Shown piece after piece: positions 30,432 to 39,972 of a DNA stretch of 64,000 bases (the first letter of the stretch is position 1; the number at the start of each line of letters is the position of its first letter). The translations under genes were made by a program, and so were the position numbers. This DNA comes from an uncultured Planctomycetota bacterium (GTDB lineage: Bacteria; Planctomycetota; Planctomycetia; Isosphaerales; Isosphaeraceae), in the NCBI GenBank assembly GCA_963823665.1, contig CAWGMQ010000004.1:64001-128000 (forward strand), written 5' to 3'. Under the pieces are notes generated by a model. It had not been told where the DNA came from. It worked only from the letters and a program-made list of their open reading frames with translations, and made no database searches.

Positions 30432-33066
30432 CTACAATCGGGCTGCAAGCTCCCGGAATCGGTCTGGCCAGGAGCCAGGGCCTAGCTCGGGATGCAAGAG
30501 TCGGAACTGTTCCCAGACACGGCGCGCGCGCTGGCGGTCGATCCGCTCGAGGGTCTCGATCTGGTGAAACTTGGCCTCAAACCACGCGGCGGAGTCACGA
30601 GGAAGTCGCTCGAGCAGCTCGCGCCAGCTTTCAAGCGCGCGATCGGTATGGCCGGCGCGTTGATTCGCCAGACCCGTCAGGCGCATGATCTCGGGATCGT
30701 CGGGTCTGGCGATGCGGAGGACACTGAGAGAGCGGAGGGCGATCTCGGGCTTGTCTGCCTCGACAGCGTACCGAGCCATCCTGAGGTAGACGAGGCGCAG
30801 CGTGGGATTGGTTTTCACTCGATCCGGGAAATCAGCGAGGGCAGACGCCAGCCGCCGGTGAATATCGAGGGCCGCGGCGGCCCTCACCGGGCGCTCGGCC
30901 GCACTCGCGGCATGGAAGTCTTGATCGGCTAGTTCGGCCAGTGCCGTGAGGCAGGCGCGTTCGTGCGCCGCGGCGCCGGGCTGTCCGACGAGCCAGGTCG
31001 CGTGCTCGCGAATCGCCGCGGAATCGCCGTCGGCCCGAGCAAGCTGAAATCGGCGGACCCGATATTCGATGGTACCAGGGTCACCGGCCTTGCGCTTGGA
31101 TACGAGTGCCTCCGCCTCGTTGAGGGCTGCCCGCGCGCGCTCACGGTCCGGCGGGTTGGCTGCCAGCGCCAGGTCGACACTGAACAGCAACAGATCGAGC
31201 CGGCCGCCGGGGTCAGCATCGCCACGGATTTGCGGCAGGGCTTCGCGCAACACGGTGGCAAGAGACTCGGTCATAGGCGACGAAGCCCGGTCAGCCGCGG
31301 TGAGCGCGACCCAGCGCCCGTGCAGCTTTCGCGCGATCGCGACCTGTGTTGCCGTATCCTTCGCCGGGTCTTTTGTGAGTTCTTCGGGCGAGGCGAGCTC
31401 CCGGCGCAGGCGTGCGACCAGCTCGTCGGCCCGAGCCGCGCCGGGGTGGTCGGGATGGGCCTGCCGGAACGCTCGTGCTTCCTCGGCGATGCGCTCGAGG
31501 CGCCGGGCGGGAGGATCGTCGGCCAGGCTCCAGCCCACGAGCAATGCCATCCACTCGGCGTCGCCCTCCGGCAGCTTCTGGGCCTTCCATTCTTCGGCGG
31601 CCTTCCGAAAGGCGTCGCGGGCTTGCGCCAGCTCGCCCAGCCGGAACAAGCACCACGCCTGGCCGAAGCGGCATTCCGCGCTAAGGGCGGGCTCGGGTTT
31701 GTCAGCGAGCGCGGCCGTGAAGGCGGCGAGCGCGTTCGAGTATCGCTCGGCGCCCGCCCCCGTTTCCGCAGCGCCCAGCGCGGCCTGGCCGCGCAGCCAG
31801 TTCGCGAACGCCCCCGGCGAGACCGCAGACGACAGGTCTCGGCTGCCAAGCTGCGAGCGAGCCAGGTCGGACCGGCCAAGCTGAATGAAGCCGCGAATGC
31901 CCAGCGCCGCCAGGCGGTCGCCGAGCTCTCGCGCTGGCGACGGTCCGGGGCCAGCACCCCGAACGAGCAACGAGCACAAGGCCGCCTTCGCTGGGGAAAA
32001 GGGCGGTGCCACCCGATCAATGGCCGCCTGTGCGACGGAGAGCCCTTCATCACCTTGGTTGGCCCGGAGCAGAGCCCACACGTGCCAGCGGTCGACCCAG
32101 TCACGCACCGAGTGATGGACATCAGCGCGGCGCAGCGCTGCGAAGGCAGCACGCGCGCTTTCGCTCCCGCCGTCGGCTAGCTCCGAGAGAGCGAACCCCA
32201 GCGTGATCCGAGCGGTTGTTTCCGAATCCAGGCCCTCGAAATCATCGGCCTTGAGCGTCTCGTCTTCCACGCCGAGCAAGCGGCGAAAGCCCTGGCGCGC
32301 GACGCGAAAGCCCTCACCTCGTCCGTCCGGCGACAGCAGTCTCTCATAGAAATTTGCCCACGATGCGAAATAGACGGCTCGACTGGCGGACTGTGATACC
32401 GTTCTGAGCTCGGCTTCGACTGAATCGCGCCGCGGGCCCGCGTCCAGACTGTCGGCCTGCTCATCGAGGCGCTTCACGTGGCCGATCAGCTCGTCGCGCG
32501 CGGTCAAGCTCAGGCCGGCATTTGCCGAGACGGGCCAGAGCATCCGAACGGGCGGCGGCGTCCGAGGGATTACCCACCCACTTGAGAGCCTGCGGCTCGG
32601 CCCGGTTGTAATCACCTTCGAGCATGGTCAGCCGAACCCGGGGTCCGCCGGCCGCCGGGTGCGCGGCAATTAACTTGTTCAGCCGCCCGGTCAGGTCGGC
32701 CAGTTCCTTCTCTTCGGTGACCGCCGAAAGGCGATCGGCGTAGACCTGGGCGAGCCGGGCGGCGATCGCTGTCGTTGCGCTCAGCGCGCGAGGGCGCTCG
32801 AGCTCGCGCTCGAGATTCCGAATCTGAAGCTTCGCGAGCCCCAGTCGCTCGAGATACCCGTCGAGCCGCTCGATATCCGGCGGCGGGTGATCCTTGATCT
32901 GCGCAAAAAGACGACCGGCGCACGCGAAGAGCGCGATGAAAAGCAAGAGCGCCCGTCCTGCTCGACTACTAGCGCGATGGCTTGCCGGAGACCAGGAAGA
33001 CTGTCGCGAAGCCCGCATCTCGGCACGCCGCGACAGCCGAGGCCGTGTGGAGAAAAGGTCCATCAT
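30432..33066 (-). CDS. Large exported TPR-like helical protein (frameshift near 32500; start uncertain)
   Basis: ALLLFIALFACAGRLFAQ leader. ECRFGQAWCLFRLGELAQA and ALESWRELL...WFEAKF TPR-like units. ORFs 32461-33066 and 30432-32615 join. Confidence 0.75.
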
Positions 33067-33412
33067 GACTGATTCTCACGGAGATCGAACCGCCGAGCCG
33101 CGCCAGCGGCTCGAGCTGCTTTTTCAGTTCAAGCGCAGAGCCGGCGGTCTGGCCCCCGATTTGAAAATGAACGCTATCGCCCTGCGCGATGACTTCGACC
33201 ACAAGGGTCTCCAGATCCGGATCAGGTGCGACATCCGCCCGCAATTCGCCCGGCACGAGCTGCGCGTGCGGTTCCACCGGTGCCGGCACGGCGCCCCATG
33301 ACGCCGCGACCAGAACGGCAGCGATCACCGCCAGAAATGCCGAGGTCACCACCAATGACGAAACGGGCGCGCCCGGCGGCCAAGGCGGATGCGTGCGATA
33401 AAAAAACTGCAT
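32969..33412 (-). CDS. exbD: Divergent ExbD/TolR-like protein
   Basis: Single N-terminal TM. C-terminal ISVRI....PF...ASAVAACRDAGFATVFL matches the ExbD periplasmic fold. Downstream of exbB. Confidence 0.6.
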   Translation of the reverse strand: MQFFYRTHPPWPPGAPVSSLVVTSAFLAVIAAVLVAASWGAVPAPVEPHAQLVPGELRADVAPDPDLETLVVEVIAQGDSVHFQIGGQTAGSALELKKQLEPLARLGGSISVRISHDGPFLHTASAVAACRDAGFATVFLVSGKPSR

Positions 33413-33428
33413 GAAAACGCTCCACCGC

Positions 33429-33862
33429 TCAGCGAACTTTTGAATTTGAAGCTTCCGGACCGCTCGCACTGGCCGCCGCCAGGTCGACCAGCAACGTGCA
33501 TCGAGCTACGCCTGCGTCGCGCAAACGGATGAGCAAAGCATCGACCATGGCACCCGCGCACCGGGGTCAATGCTGAGCTCGACCCTTCTTTTTGTGCCGG
33601 AGGCGGCCACGGCGCCAGCCACGTCCTCGAGCGCGACTAGCGTGCCATCGCCTCCCACCGTGATCGCGCCGTCGGACGAGATGGCCAGACGCACGGGAAC
33701 TTCGGCCTCTTGTCCCGCCGCAGCGGGCGTGGCCGCACGGGGCGGCTCTCGCCCGGAGCCCAGCTTCCACCGCGCGATTCCTGCCAGTGCCAGCACCACC
33801 GCCAGGCCGAGTATCACCGGAGCGACTTCGAACACTTTCATAAGATTCTTGCGAAATGTCAT
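33429..33862 (-). CDS. exbD: Divergent ExbD/TolR-like protein (frameshift near 33553)
   Basis: TM, then VRLAISSDGAITVGG...VELSIDPGAR(G)AMVDALLIRLRDAGVARCTL. ATGA overlap with the exbB stop. Confidence 0.65.
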
Positions 33863-34475
33863 CGGCGCCCCAGTGGCTGGAGAATCAATTCCGCACGTCG
33901 TCCAGCCTCCTGCACGAGCGTGTCGAGCCGGGCGCGCAGCAAGCTGGCGGCGATCAGACTGGGAATGGAGACCAGCAGGCCGAGCACGGTTGTGCTCAAG
34001 GCCGCACCCGCGGCGGCGGCGATGTCGGCGGCGCGGGACGAGTCGCCCGCGGCCGCGACACGCGAGAGCGACGCGCCCAGTGAAAGCGCGGTTCCAAGCA
34101 CCCCGACGAGAGGCGCGACCGCACCGAGTGTTCCCAGCGCTCGGCGCGCCGGTACAGGCCATCCGCGAGCCCCTCGCCCTCTTCCTGACAGCTCGACCGG
34201 ATCTCGCCGGCGGTGGCATTCGGGTCGTCGCGGGCGCGCCGGATACCCGCGATGACCACTCGAGCCAGCAGCGACTGGTGGGCAGGATCCTCGGCGAGCC
34301 TGACCGCATCACCGTAAGCACGCAGCTTGACCGAATTCGCGAGAGCCTCCGCGGTCGCGCGGGGAACGATGCGAGCCTGGCGGACGGTGAAGAGCCCTTC
34401 GAAGAGGATCGCGAGCGCGACGACCGAAAGACCGAGCAAGAGCCACCAGACGACGTTGCCGCCGATCTCGCTCAT
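33859..34475 (-). CDS. exbB: MotA/TolQ/ExbB proton-channel family protein (frameshift near 34140)
   Basis: WLLLGLSVVALAILFE, LGAVAPLVGVLGTA, AALSTTVLGLLVSIP. Confidence 0.85.
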
Positions 34476-35764
34476 CGCGGAATCTCCTTCGCTTTCGGCC
34501 GCGCAGTCCGCTTGCGAGGCGAAGGCTCATCGGAGCGCGACGGCCGGCCCGAACCAATACCCTCGTCCTCGGGCGAGTCGCCGGCTTCGGTCTTCGATTC
34601 AGCGGTCTCGAGGTCTGCGGCGGCTCTGACCACGGCCGAGTCTGGTCCAAGTTCGGCGATGAGGCGCGCTCCGTGATCGGTCCCCCGGAAGGATCGCAGC
34701 AGCTCGATCTGCACGGCGCGCGCCGCAGCGGCGTCGTGCTGGCCCAGGAGTGCCTGTTGCGCTGCGTAGAGTGCGGCCGCGGCCAGGGCGCGCTGGTCGT
34801 TACCGTGCGATGCGGCGACATTGAGCAAATCGAGCACCCCATCGCTCGGGTTACCCTTGCCAGTCTCAAGCCGCGCGGTGCCGCTCAAGTAATCAATCAG
34901 TCCGCGGTTTGAAGGCAGGCACGCTTCGCGAAGCCGTTCGAATCGCGACAGCGCCTCGGTCTTCTGCCCGCGCACTGCCACTGCCTGCGCCCGTAACGCA
35001 TCCGCGATTTCCCCGACGGGCCGCGACGGCGAACCAAGCGCGGCAAGCTCGGCGTCGGCCGACGCGGCATCGCCCGCCGCCAGGGCCAAGGCGGCGACGT
35101 AGAGCTTGAGCGCCTGAGGGGGCGAAGGACTCAGCTTTCGCAGCCGCGCCCGCACGTGCGGTAGCGCGGCGGCGGCCCGGGTGCGATCGAATCCCACGAG
35201 GGCGAGATCGGGGCTCAGGCCCGTCTCCGAGTCAAATAACAACCGGCGACGACCGGGGAGCGATCCCAGTTCCTTGTTCGACCGCCGCATACTAGCACAA
35301 ACAAGGTACGGCTCGATCGCATCCTCCGATTGGTGGAGCGCCAGATTCGCCCACATGAGCGCCTGGGCCACCATGTAGGCGGAATTCGATCGCCGGTCTG
35401 CAAATCTGGCAAAGAGCGCCTTGGCGGGCTCCAGCAGCGAGGGATAGGCACCTTCGGCCAGTTTGGTGTGGATCTCGTGCAGCGGCCCGGAGAGCTCCTG
35501 GCGCATGCGATCAAAGCGAGCCTGGTCCCTGGATACGGTTCCGCCCTCGATCTCTTCCCAGCCGATCGGCCGCGACGCCGGTCCAAGCCGCACGCCGTCT
35601 TCATCGAATGAGTATACCTGTTTGTCCTTGAGCCTCATGCCCGGCCGCATGACCAGATCATCACCCGAGGCGAGCGGGGAGATCGCGATCAGCAGCCACG
35701 CAGCGAGTGGCTTCGCGAGCCAGGTGCGCCCGCCCGCGGCTTCAGGGCGACGTGAGGTCGACAT
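34472..35764 (-). CDS. Secreted protein with small N-terminal beta domain and TPR-like helices
   Basis: Signal peptide ending LASG-DD, Ala/Leu-rich helical repeats, overlap-coupled to exbB. Confidence 0.7.
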   Translation of the reverse strand: MSTSRRPEAAGGRTWLAKPLAAWLLIAISPLASGDDLVMRPGMRLKDKQVYSFDEDGVRLGPASRPIGWEEIEGGTVSRDQARFDRMRQELSGPLHEIHTKLAEGAYPSLLEPAKALFARFADRRSNSAYMVAQALMWANLALHQSEDAIEPYLVCASMRRSNKELGSLPGRRRLLFDSETGLSPDLALVGFDRTRAAAALPHVRARLRKLSPSPPQALKLYVAALALAAGDAASADAELAALGSPSRPVGEIADALRAQAVAVRGQKTEALSRFERLREACLPSNRGLIDYLSGTARLETGKGNPSDGVLDLLNVAASHGNDQRALAAAALYAAQQALLGQHDAAAARAVQIELLRSFRGTDHGARLIAELGPDSAVVRAAADLETAESKTEAGDSPEDEGIGSGRPSRSDEPSPRKRTARPKAKEIPR

Positions 35765-36944
35765 GTCGATATGTCCCCTTCGAATCGGCGGCGATCTTGC
35801 GAAGCCAGGGCTCGGCGCTGCGGTCGACGAACGAGATGGCGTGGATCGGCACGACGCGGCGTGCGGAATTGAGCGGCGGAATCATTTCTGCGACCTCCGG
35901 CGCGAACAATCCGTCGGTCATGAAAAAGATGGCGTCCGGACGGGGATGCACCTGGGTGAACGCGATCTGAAACGCGGGGAGCGGATTGGTCGTGCCCCCG
36001 GGGTCCTGGCCGGCCATCCATGCCTCGAGACTGGCTGCGTCGCGCCTGCCGGAGAGCCAGTGCGTGCCTGGAAAAGGCACGGCTGTGTCGTCGTATAAAA
36101 TGACGTAAAACTTGGCACCGGACTTGAGTCCCTTGACAGTCGCGTTGATCTCAGCGACCAGCCGCTCGAACTTGGCGCCGCTCATGCTGCCGGAGCGGTC
36201 TGCGATGATCAGGAAGCGGCGGCCGGAGGCTTCGGCGCCCATGAAGGTCGCCTTGCCGGGCGTTCCCGCTCCCGAGCCAGTCGGGTCGAGCAGCAGCCCG
36301 GTCTTGGAATCGCCGCCCGCAAATCCCAGCGGAACAAGGAAGTTGCCGGTGAGGTCGTCATTGCGGCGGATCAACATCCCCAGGTTCTCGGCCGAAGGTA
36401 ATGCGGCGAGCGCCAAAGCAACCACGTCGGCGCGGTCCGATCCGACGAGCGGCCCCGGATCAAGCTTGCCTTCGCTCGGACTTGCAAGACCGAGCGGGGC
36501 AGGGGGGCGTGCGAGGTGAACTTCAAGGCCGATCGGGCCAGTAGCTGGGCGACCGTGGGCCTGCATGGCGGAGCCGACCGTGCGCGACAGTGACAACTGC
36601 AACGGCCGCGCCAGCCATCCAAGAAACGCCGTCACGACAACCGCAAGCAAGACGACCGCGGCCCGTTCAACCTTGCGGTCGGAGCGGAGCTTCGCGCTCG
36701 GTGTCTGCGCCGCGGGCCGCGCCGTCCTCGCAGGTGCTTGCCGTGCGACGACCGGCGCAGCGGTCGAGGGCGGCGGTGGCTGCGGCTTGGAAACGGGCGT
36801 GGCCGTCGGGACGGACGCTCTGGGAATTGGAGGGGGCGACGGCGCGGGCGCCGATTGGCGGCACTTCGGGCAGAGCGAGCCGGCTCCCGGCGCGCCGGCT
36901 CCGAGGTAATCGGAACCGCATCGCGTGCACGTCCGGACGTTCAT
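35742..36944 (-). CDS. Zn-finger, Pro-rich, TM, vWA domain protein
   Basis: CTRC...CPKC, TM, FMGAEASGRRFLIIADRSGSM, GGTTNPLPAF, AIFFMTDG, IHAISF. Confidence 0.88.
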   Translation of the reverse strand: MNVRTCTRCGSDYLGAGAPGAGSLCPKCRQSAPAPSPPPIPRASVPTATPVSKPQPPPPSTAAPVVARQAPARTARPAAQTPSAKLRSDRKVERAAVVLLAVVVTAFLGWLARPLQLSLSRTVGSAMQAHGRPATGPIGLEVHLARPPAPLGLASPSEGKLDPGPLVGSDRADVVALALAALPSAENLGMLIRRNDDLTGNFLVPLGFAGGDSKTGLLLDPTGSGAGTPGKATFMGAEASGRRFLIIADRSGSMSGAKFERLVAEINATVKGLKSGAKFYVILYDDTAVPFPGTHWLSGRRDAASLEAWMAGQDPGGTTNPLPAFQIAFTQVHPRPDAIFFMTDGLFAPEVAEMIPPLNSARRVVPIHAISFVDRSAEPWLRKIAADSKGTYRHVDLTSP

Positions 36945-37035
36945 GGCTCAACCCCACAGATCGCAGGCCCGACCCAGGGCCCGCTTTTCTCCAGTTGAAT
37001 CCGATGCAAACCTGGCCCGGGGAACTGGTGCCGCT

Positions 37036-38217
37036 TCACTGGCCACCTACGGAAAGCGAGAACGGGAAATTCGGAAAAGGGATCTTCCGCGCGGTCACCG
37101 TGTAGGACCAATCGCCGGGCGCAGCGTCGGGGACGTCGATGGTGAAGGTCGAGGCACCCTCCTGCTCGAATGGCTCCGCATTCGGCCCGCGGACAGAGAG
37201 CGCCAGCCGCGCACCCTGGTTGGCGAAGCTGAGGACGAACCGGAGCGGCCGGCGCTTGTCGTTCTTGTAGGTACTGGTGACCGGCTGGGCCTCGCCCGAG
37301 GTGCTCAGGAGGCTCTCTTTCTGGGGAGAAAAGCCTCCAGAAATCATCATCTTGTGGGCGGCTGCCGTCTCCTTGGCAGTCACCGCGGCGAAAACCAGGA
37401 ACTTCAGCAGCTTGGTCTCGAGCTCGCTGTTGACCTTCTCGTTATGGAACGAGGTGAAGATGATCGTCCCACGCTCGAATGGAACCCTGGCGAGCAGCGG
37501 TGCTGTCACGCGCTCGCCACCGGTCTTGGGCCGGTATTCGCCTCTGAGAAAGAACGTTGCCTGGTCGGCTGCGAATCGCGCCGGCTTCCAGCCGGGAAGG
37601 TCGAACTTCAGCTCGGCCTTGGCCGTGCCGAGATGTTCGCGAAGCCCGTCATTGACGACCTCGGCCTGCACGGTCTGCGCGGCACCCTCGACGATATCCT
37701 CACCGTCGAAGAGCTCGGGGAAGCAGAGGTGAATGAGATTGAGCCGCCAGTCGGATGCATAGAGCGTGCCGCCGCGGCCGACGTAAGCGCGAAGCGCCTC
37801 GCGGATGCGTTCGAGCACCTCTTCATTCCACTTGGCGATATGGACCCCGGGACGATCGCCATCACCCAGATTGGTTTTGGTCAGCCACCGTTCCGCGTCC
37901 GTGCCGCAGGTGAAGAACACCACGTCATAATCGACCAGCTTGGATACATCTTCGAGCGCTTCGAGTGGAATGCGTGTGTACGAAAAGCCTGATCCGAGCT
38001 GGCCCAGGAGCTTACCCATGTCATCATACTGAGGCGGCGTCACGGCCAATCGAAGCGGCACTACCTCTCCGGGATCAGACACTGGCTCCGCAGTGATCTT
38101 CACCGCGGGCGGCGACCCCGACGTGCGACCTCGGTCTACAAGGAAAACGAGGCCGAGGGCGACAACCAGGGCGACGGCAACGGCCCCATCGAACGCAACG
38201 GTCCGAGAGTTCGACAT
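37036..38217 (-). CDS. Membrane-anchored class I GATase-like fold protein with C-terminal PPC-like beta domain
   Basis: N-terminal TM, YDVVFFTCG, YVGRGGTLYASDW, GTIIFTSFHNE, LALSVRGPN...IDVPDAAPGDWSYTV. Confidence 0.6.
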   Translation of the reverse strand: MSNSRTVAFDGAVAVALVVALGLVFLVDRGRTSGSPPAVKITAEPVSDPGEVVPLRLAVTPPQYDDMGKLLGQLGSGFSYTRIPLEALEDVSKLVDYDVVFFTCGTDAERWLTKTNLGDGDRPGVHIAKWNEEVLERIREALRAYVGRGGTLYASDWRLNLIHLCFPELFDGEDIVEGAAQTVQAEVVNDGLREHLGTAKAELKFDLPGWKPARFAADQATFFLRGEYRPKTGGERVTAPLLARVPFERGTIIFTSFHNEKVNSELETKLLKFLVFAAVTAKETAAAHKMMISGGFSPQKESLLSTSGEAQPVTSTYKNDKRRPLRFVLSFANQGARLALSVRGPNAEPFEQEGASTFTIDVPDAAPGDWSYTVTARKIPFPNFPFSLSVGGQ

Positions 38218-38585
38218 GGTTGGACAGCTCCTCTACCCACTTCCGGTCGCGACGCCGCTCTGCGCTGCGGGCGATTCATCCCTTGGCGATCTTATACCAC
38301 ACCCAACGAGGCCGCAACTGCTGGAGGCAGACCGTGGACGAGACGCGTCCTTGACGCGCACCCTGACGAGCCGTGACAACCGTCGCGCGCCCGGCATTCT
38401 TGCCCTTCCTACGCATGTGATGGACAATTGGGTCGATTGCGGCAATCCCAAGCCGTCGAGATCGCGACTTGCTGCGCAAGTCCGGCAGACCGCGAGCGTC
38501 ATCTCCATCGGGACCAGAGCAAGCATTGCACCGGAGTTGTTGGCGGGGACGGCCCCGCACCTATCCAAATCGGGGAGCAAGATCG

Positions 38586-39950
38586 ATGGAGCCTTTCGTA
38601 AGCGACGACACGACCCGCGAAGGCGATCTCAAGGACTGGCAGGCGTTTTGTGTGGCTTATTACAATCCGATCATTCGGGCGCTCAAGCTACTGCGCGTGC
38701 CGGAAGGGGAAATGGATGACCTGGCCCAGTCGTTTATTCTGAAAGCCGCTCAGAAGAACTTTCTCGATAGCTTTCGCGCCTTCCAGGACAAGGAGGAGAG
38801 GGACGGCAAACGCGCGCGGTTCCGCACGTATCTCTATCGCTCGCTTCAGAACCACGTGCGCGATTTTTATCGAAAGAAGATCGCGGATACGCGAAACCAT
38901 CGATTGGAATCGTTCAATGCTGCGGAGCTGACGGCACCGCCTGACGCGGTGCTCCATCCGGATTCGATCTTCGCTCTCGACGTGCTTCACCAGGCGCTTC
39001 AGGCCCTGCGGCGGCATTGTGAGCGAAGCGGCAAGCCCCAATTCTGGATGTTCTTCGAAGAAACGTTGCTGGCCGACGAGTTCCGCGGCCGCCGCGGCAA
39101 GACCCGGCGCGAGCTGCTGGAGGCCTTTCCCGAGCTCGACTCGCAGCGAATCGACAACGCTGTGACCACTGCCAAGCGAGCTTTCCGGCGATTTGTCGAG
39201 GACCTGATTCCGCAGGATCCGCGCGACGAGGAACGACCGCGCGAAAAGTTTGACGAGTGGATGGCCATCCTCCGTGACTCGAACGCCTCGCAGTTCAACC
39301 TTCTGCACGTGGCCTATCGGGTTTTGCCCTTTCTTGCTCCGGACATGAGCCAGACGGCGTCGGCGGAGCTGCTGGTGCCCGCGCATGCCGATGAATCGCC
39401 GCCGTGCACCTACGAACAGCCCGTTCTGGTACCCGACGACGATGAGCTAGCCATCCTCCTCGGCTTCCGTCTGGAGCTGCCCCTTTCCGAGATGCTCGAC
39501 GCAGCCGAGCTCACCAGGTTTATTCCGCCGACAAACCACCTCTGGTCCTTCGCCCGGGCAAGGTCGGCCAAGAGCCAGGCAGCCGCCAAGCCCGCCCGGC
39601 CACTCTGCTTGCTGACGCTCATCGACCCGACCCCCGAAGAGGCCGAGGCACTCGAGGGGGTCGATCTCGTCGCACTGCTGGCGCGGCTCAAGCTGCTCGC
39701 GAAACAGCTTCGCCATCGGGGCGATCACTCCGTGCCCGAGGTCTTCGCACAGCTTCTTTACACGCTCGTGAGTGTTCTGGCGCACGTGAAGTGCGGCGTT
39801 GACTTGCACTCGGTCGGCTCTCCATCGCTCGCCCGCAACGTACGATGGTTTCAGAAACAGTCTTGGCTCGACGACCGCCTCAGGCCGCTCCTGGGCGTCG
39901 CGCTCGAATCGCTCGAGAGAGCGCCCGCAACGGGGATGGAGGCCAGCTAA
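38586..39950 (+). CDS. ECF-type sigma factor with long C-terminal extension
   Basis: sigma2-like WQAFCVAYYNPI...DDLAQSF...RARFRTYLYRSLQNHVRD. sigma4-like ...IDNAVTTAKRAFRR. Over 200 further residues. Confidence 0.75.
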   Translation: MEPFVSDDTTREGDLKDWQAFCVAYYNPIIRALKLLRVPEGEMDDLAQSFILKAAQKNFLDSFRAFQDKEERDGKRARFRTYLYRSLQNHVRDFYRKKIADTRNHRLESFNAAELTAPPDAVLHPDSIFALDVLHQALQALRRHCERSGKPQFWMFFEETLLADEFRGRRGKTRRELLEAFPELDSQRIDNAVTTAKRAFRRFVEDLIPQDPRDEERPREKFDEWMAILRDSNASQFNLLHVAYRVLPFLAPDMSQTASAELLVPAHADESPPCTYEQPVLVPDDDELAILLGFRLELPLSEMLDAAELTRFIPPTNHLWSFARARSAKSQAAAKPARPLCLLTLIDPTPEEAEALEGVDLVALLARLKLLAKQLRHRGDHSVPEVFAQLLYTLVSVLAHVKCGVDLHSVGSPSLARNVRWFQKQSWLDDRLRPLLGVALESLERAPATGMEAS

Positions 39951-39972
39951 GACGTCGTCATCGCGAAAGTCG

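Noticed and set aside
27565..34475. Type VI or type VII secretion system (FHA, kinase, PP2C, vWA present)
   Set aside because: No sheath, Hcp, VgrG, TssM, ClpV, FtsK-type ATPase or WXG100 genes recognised.
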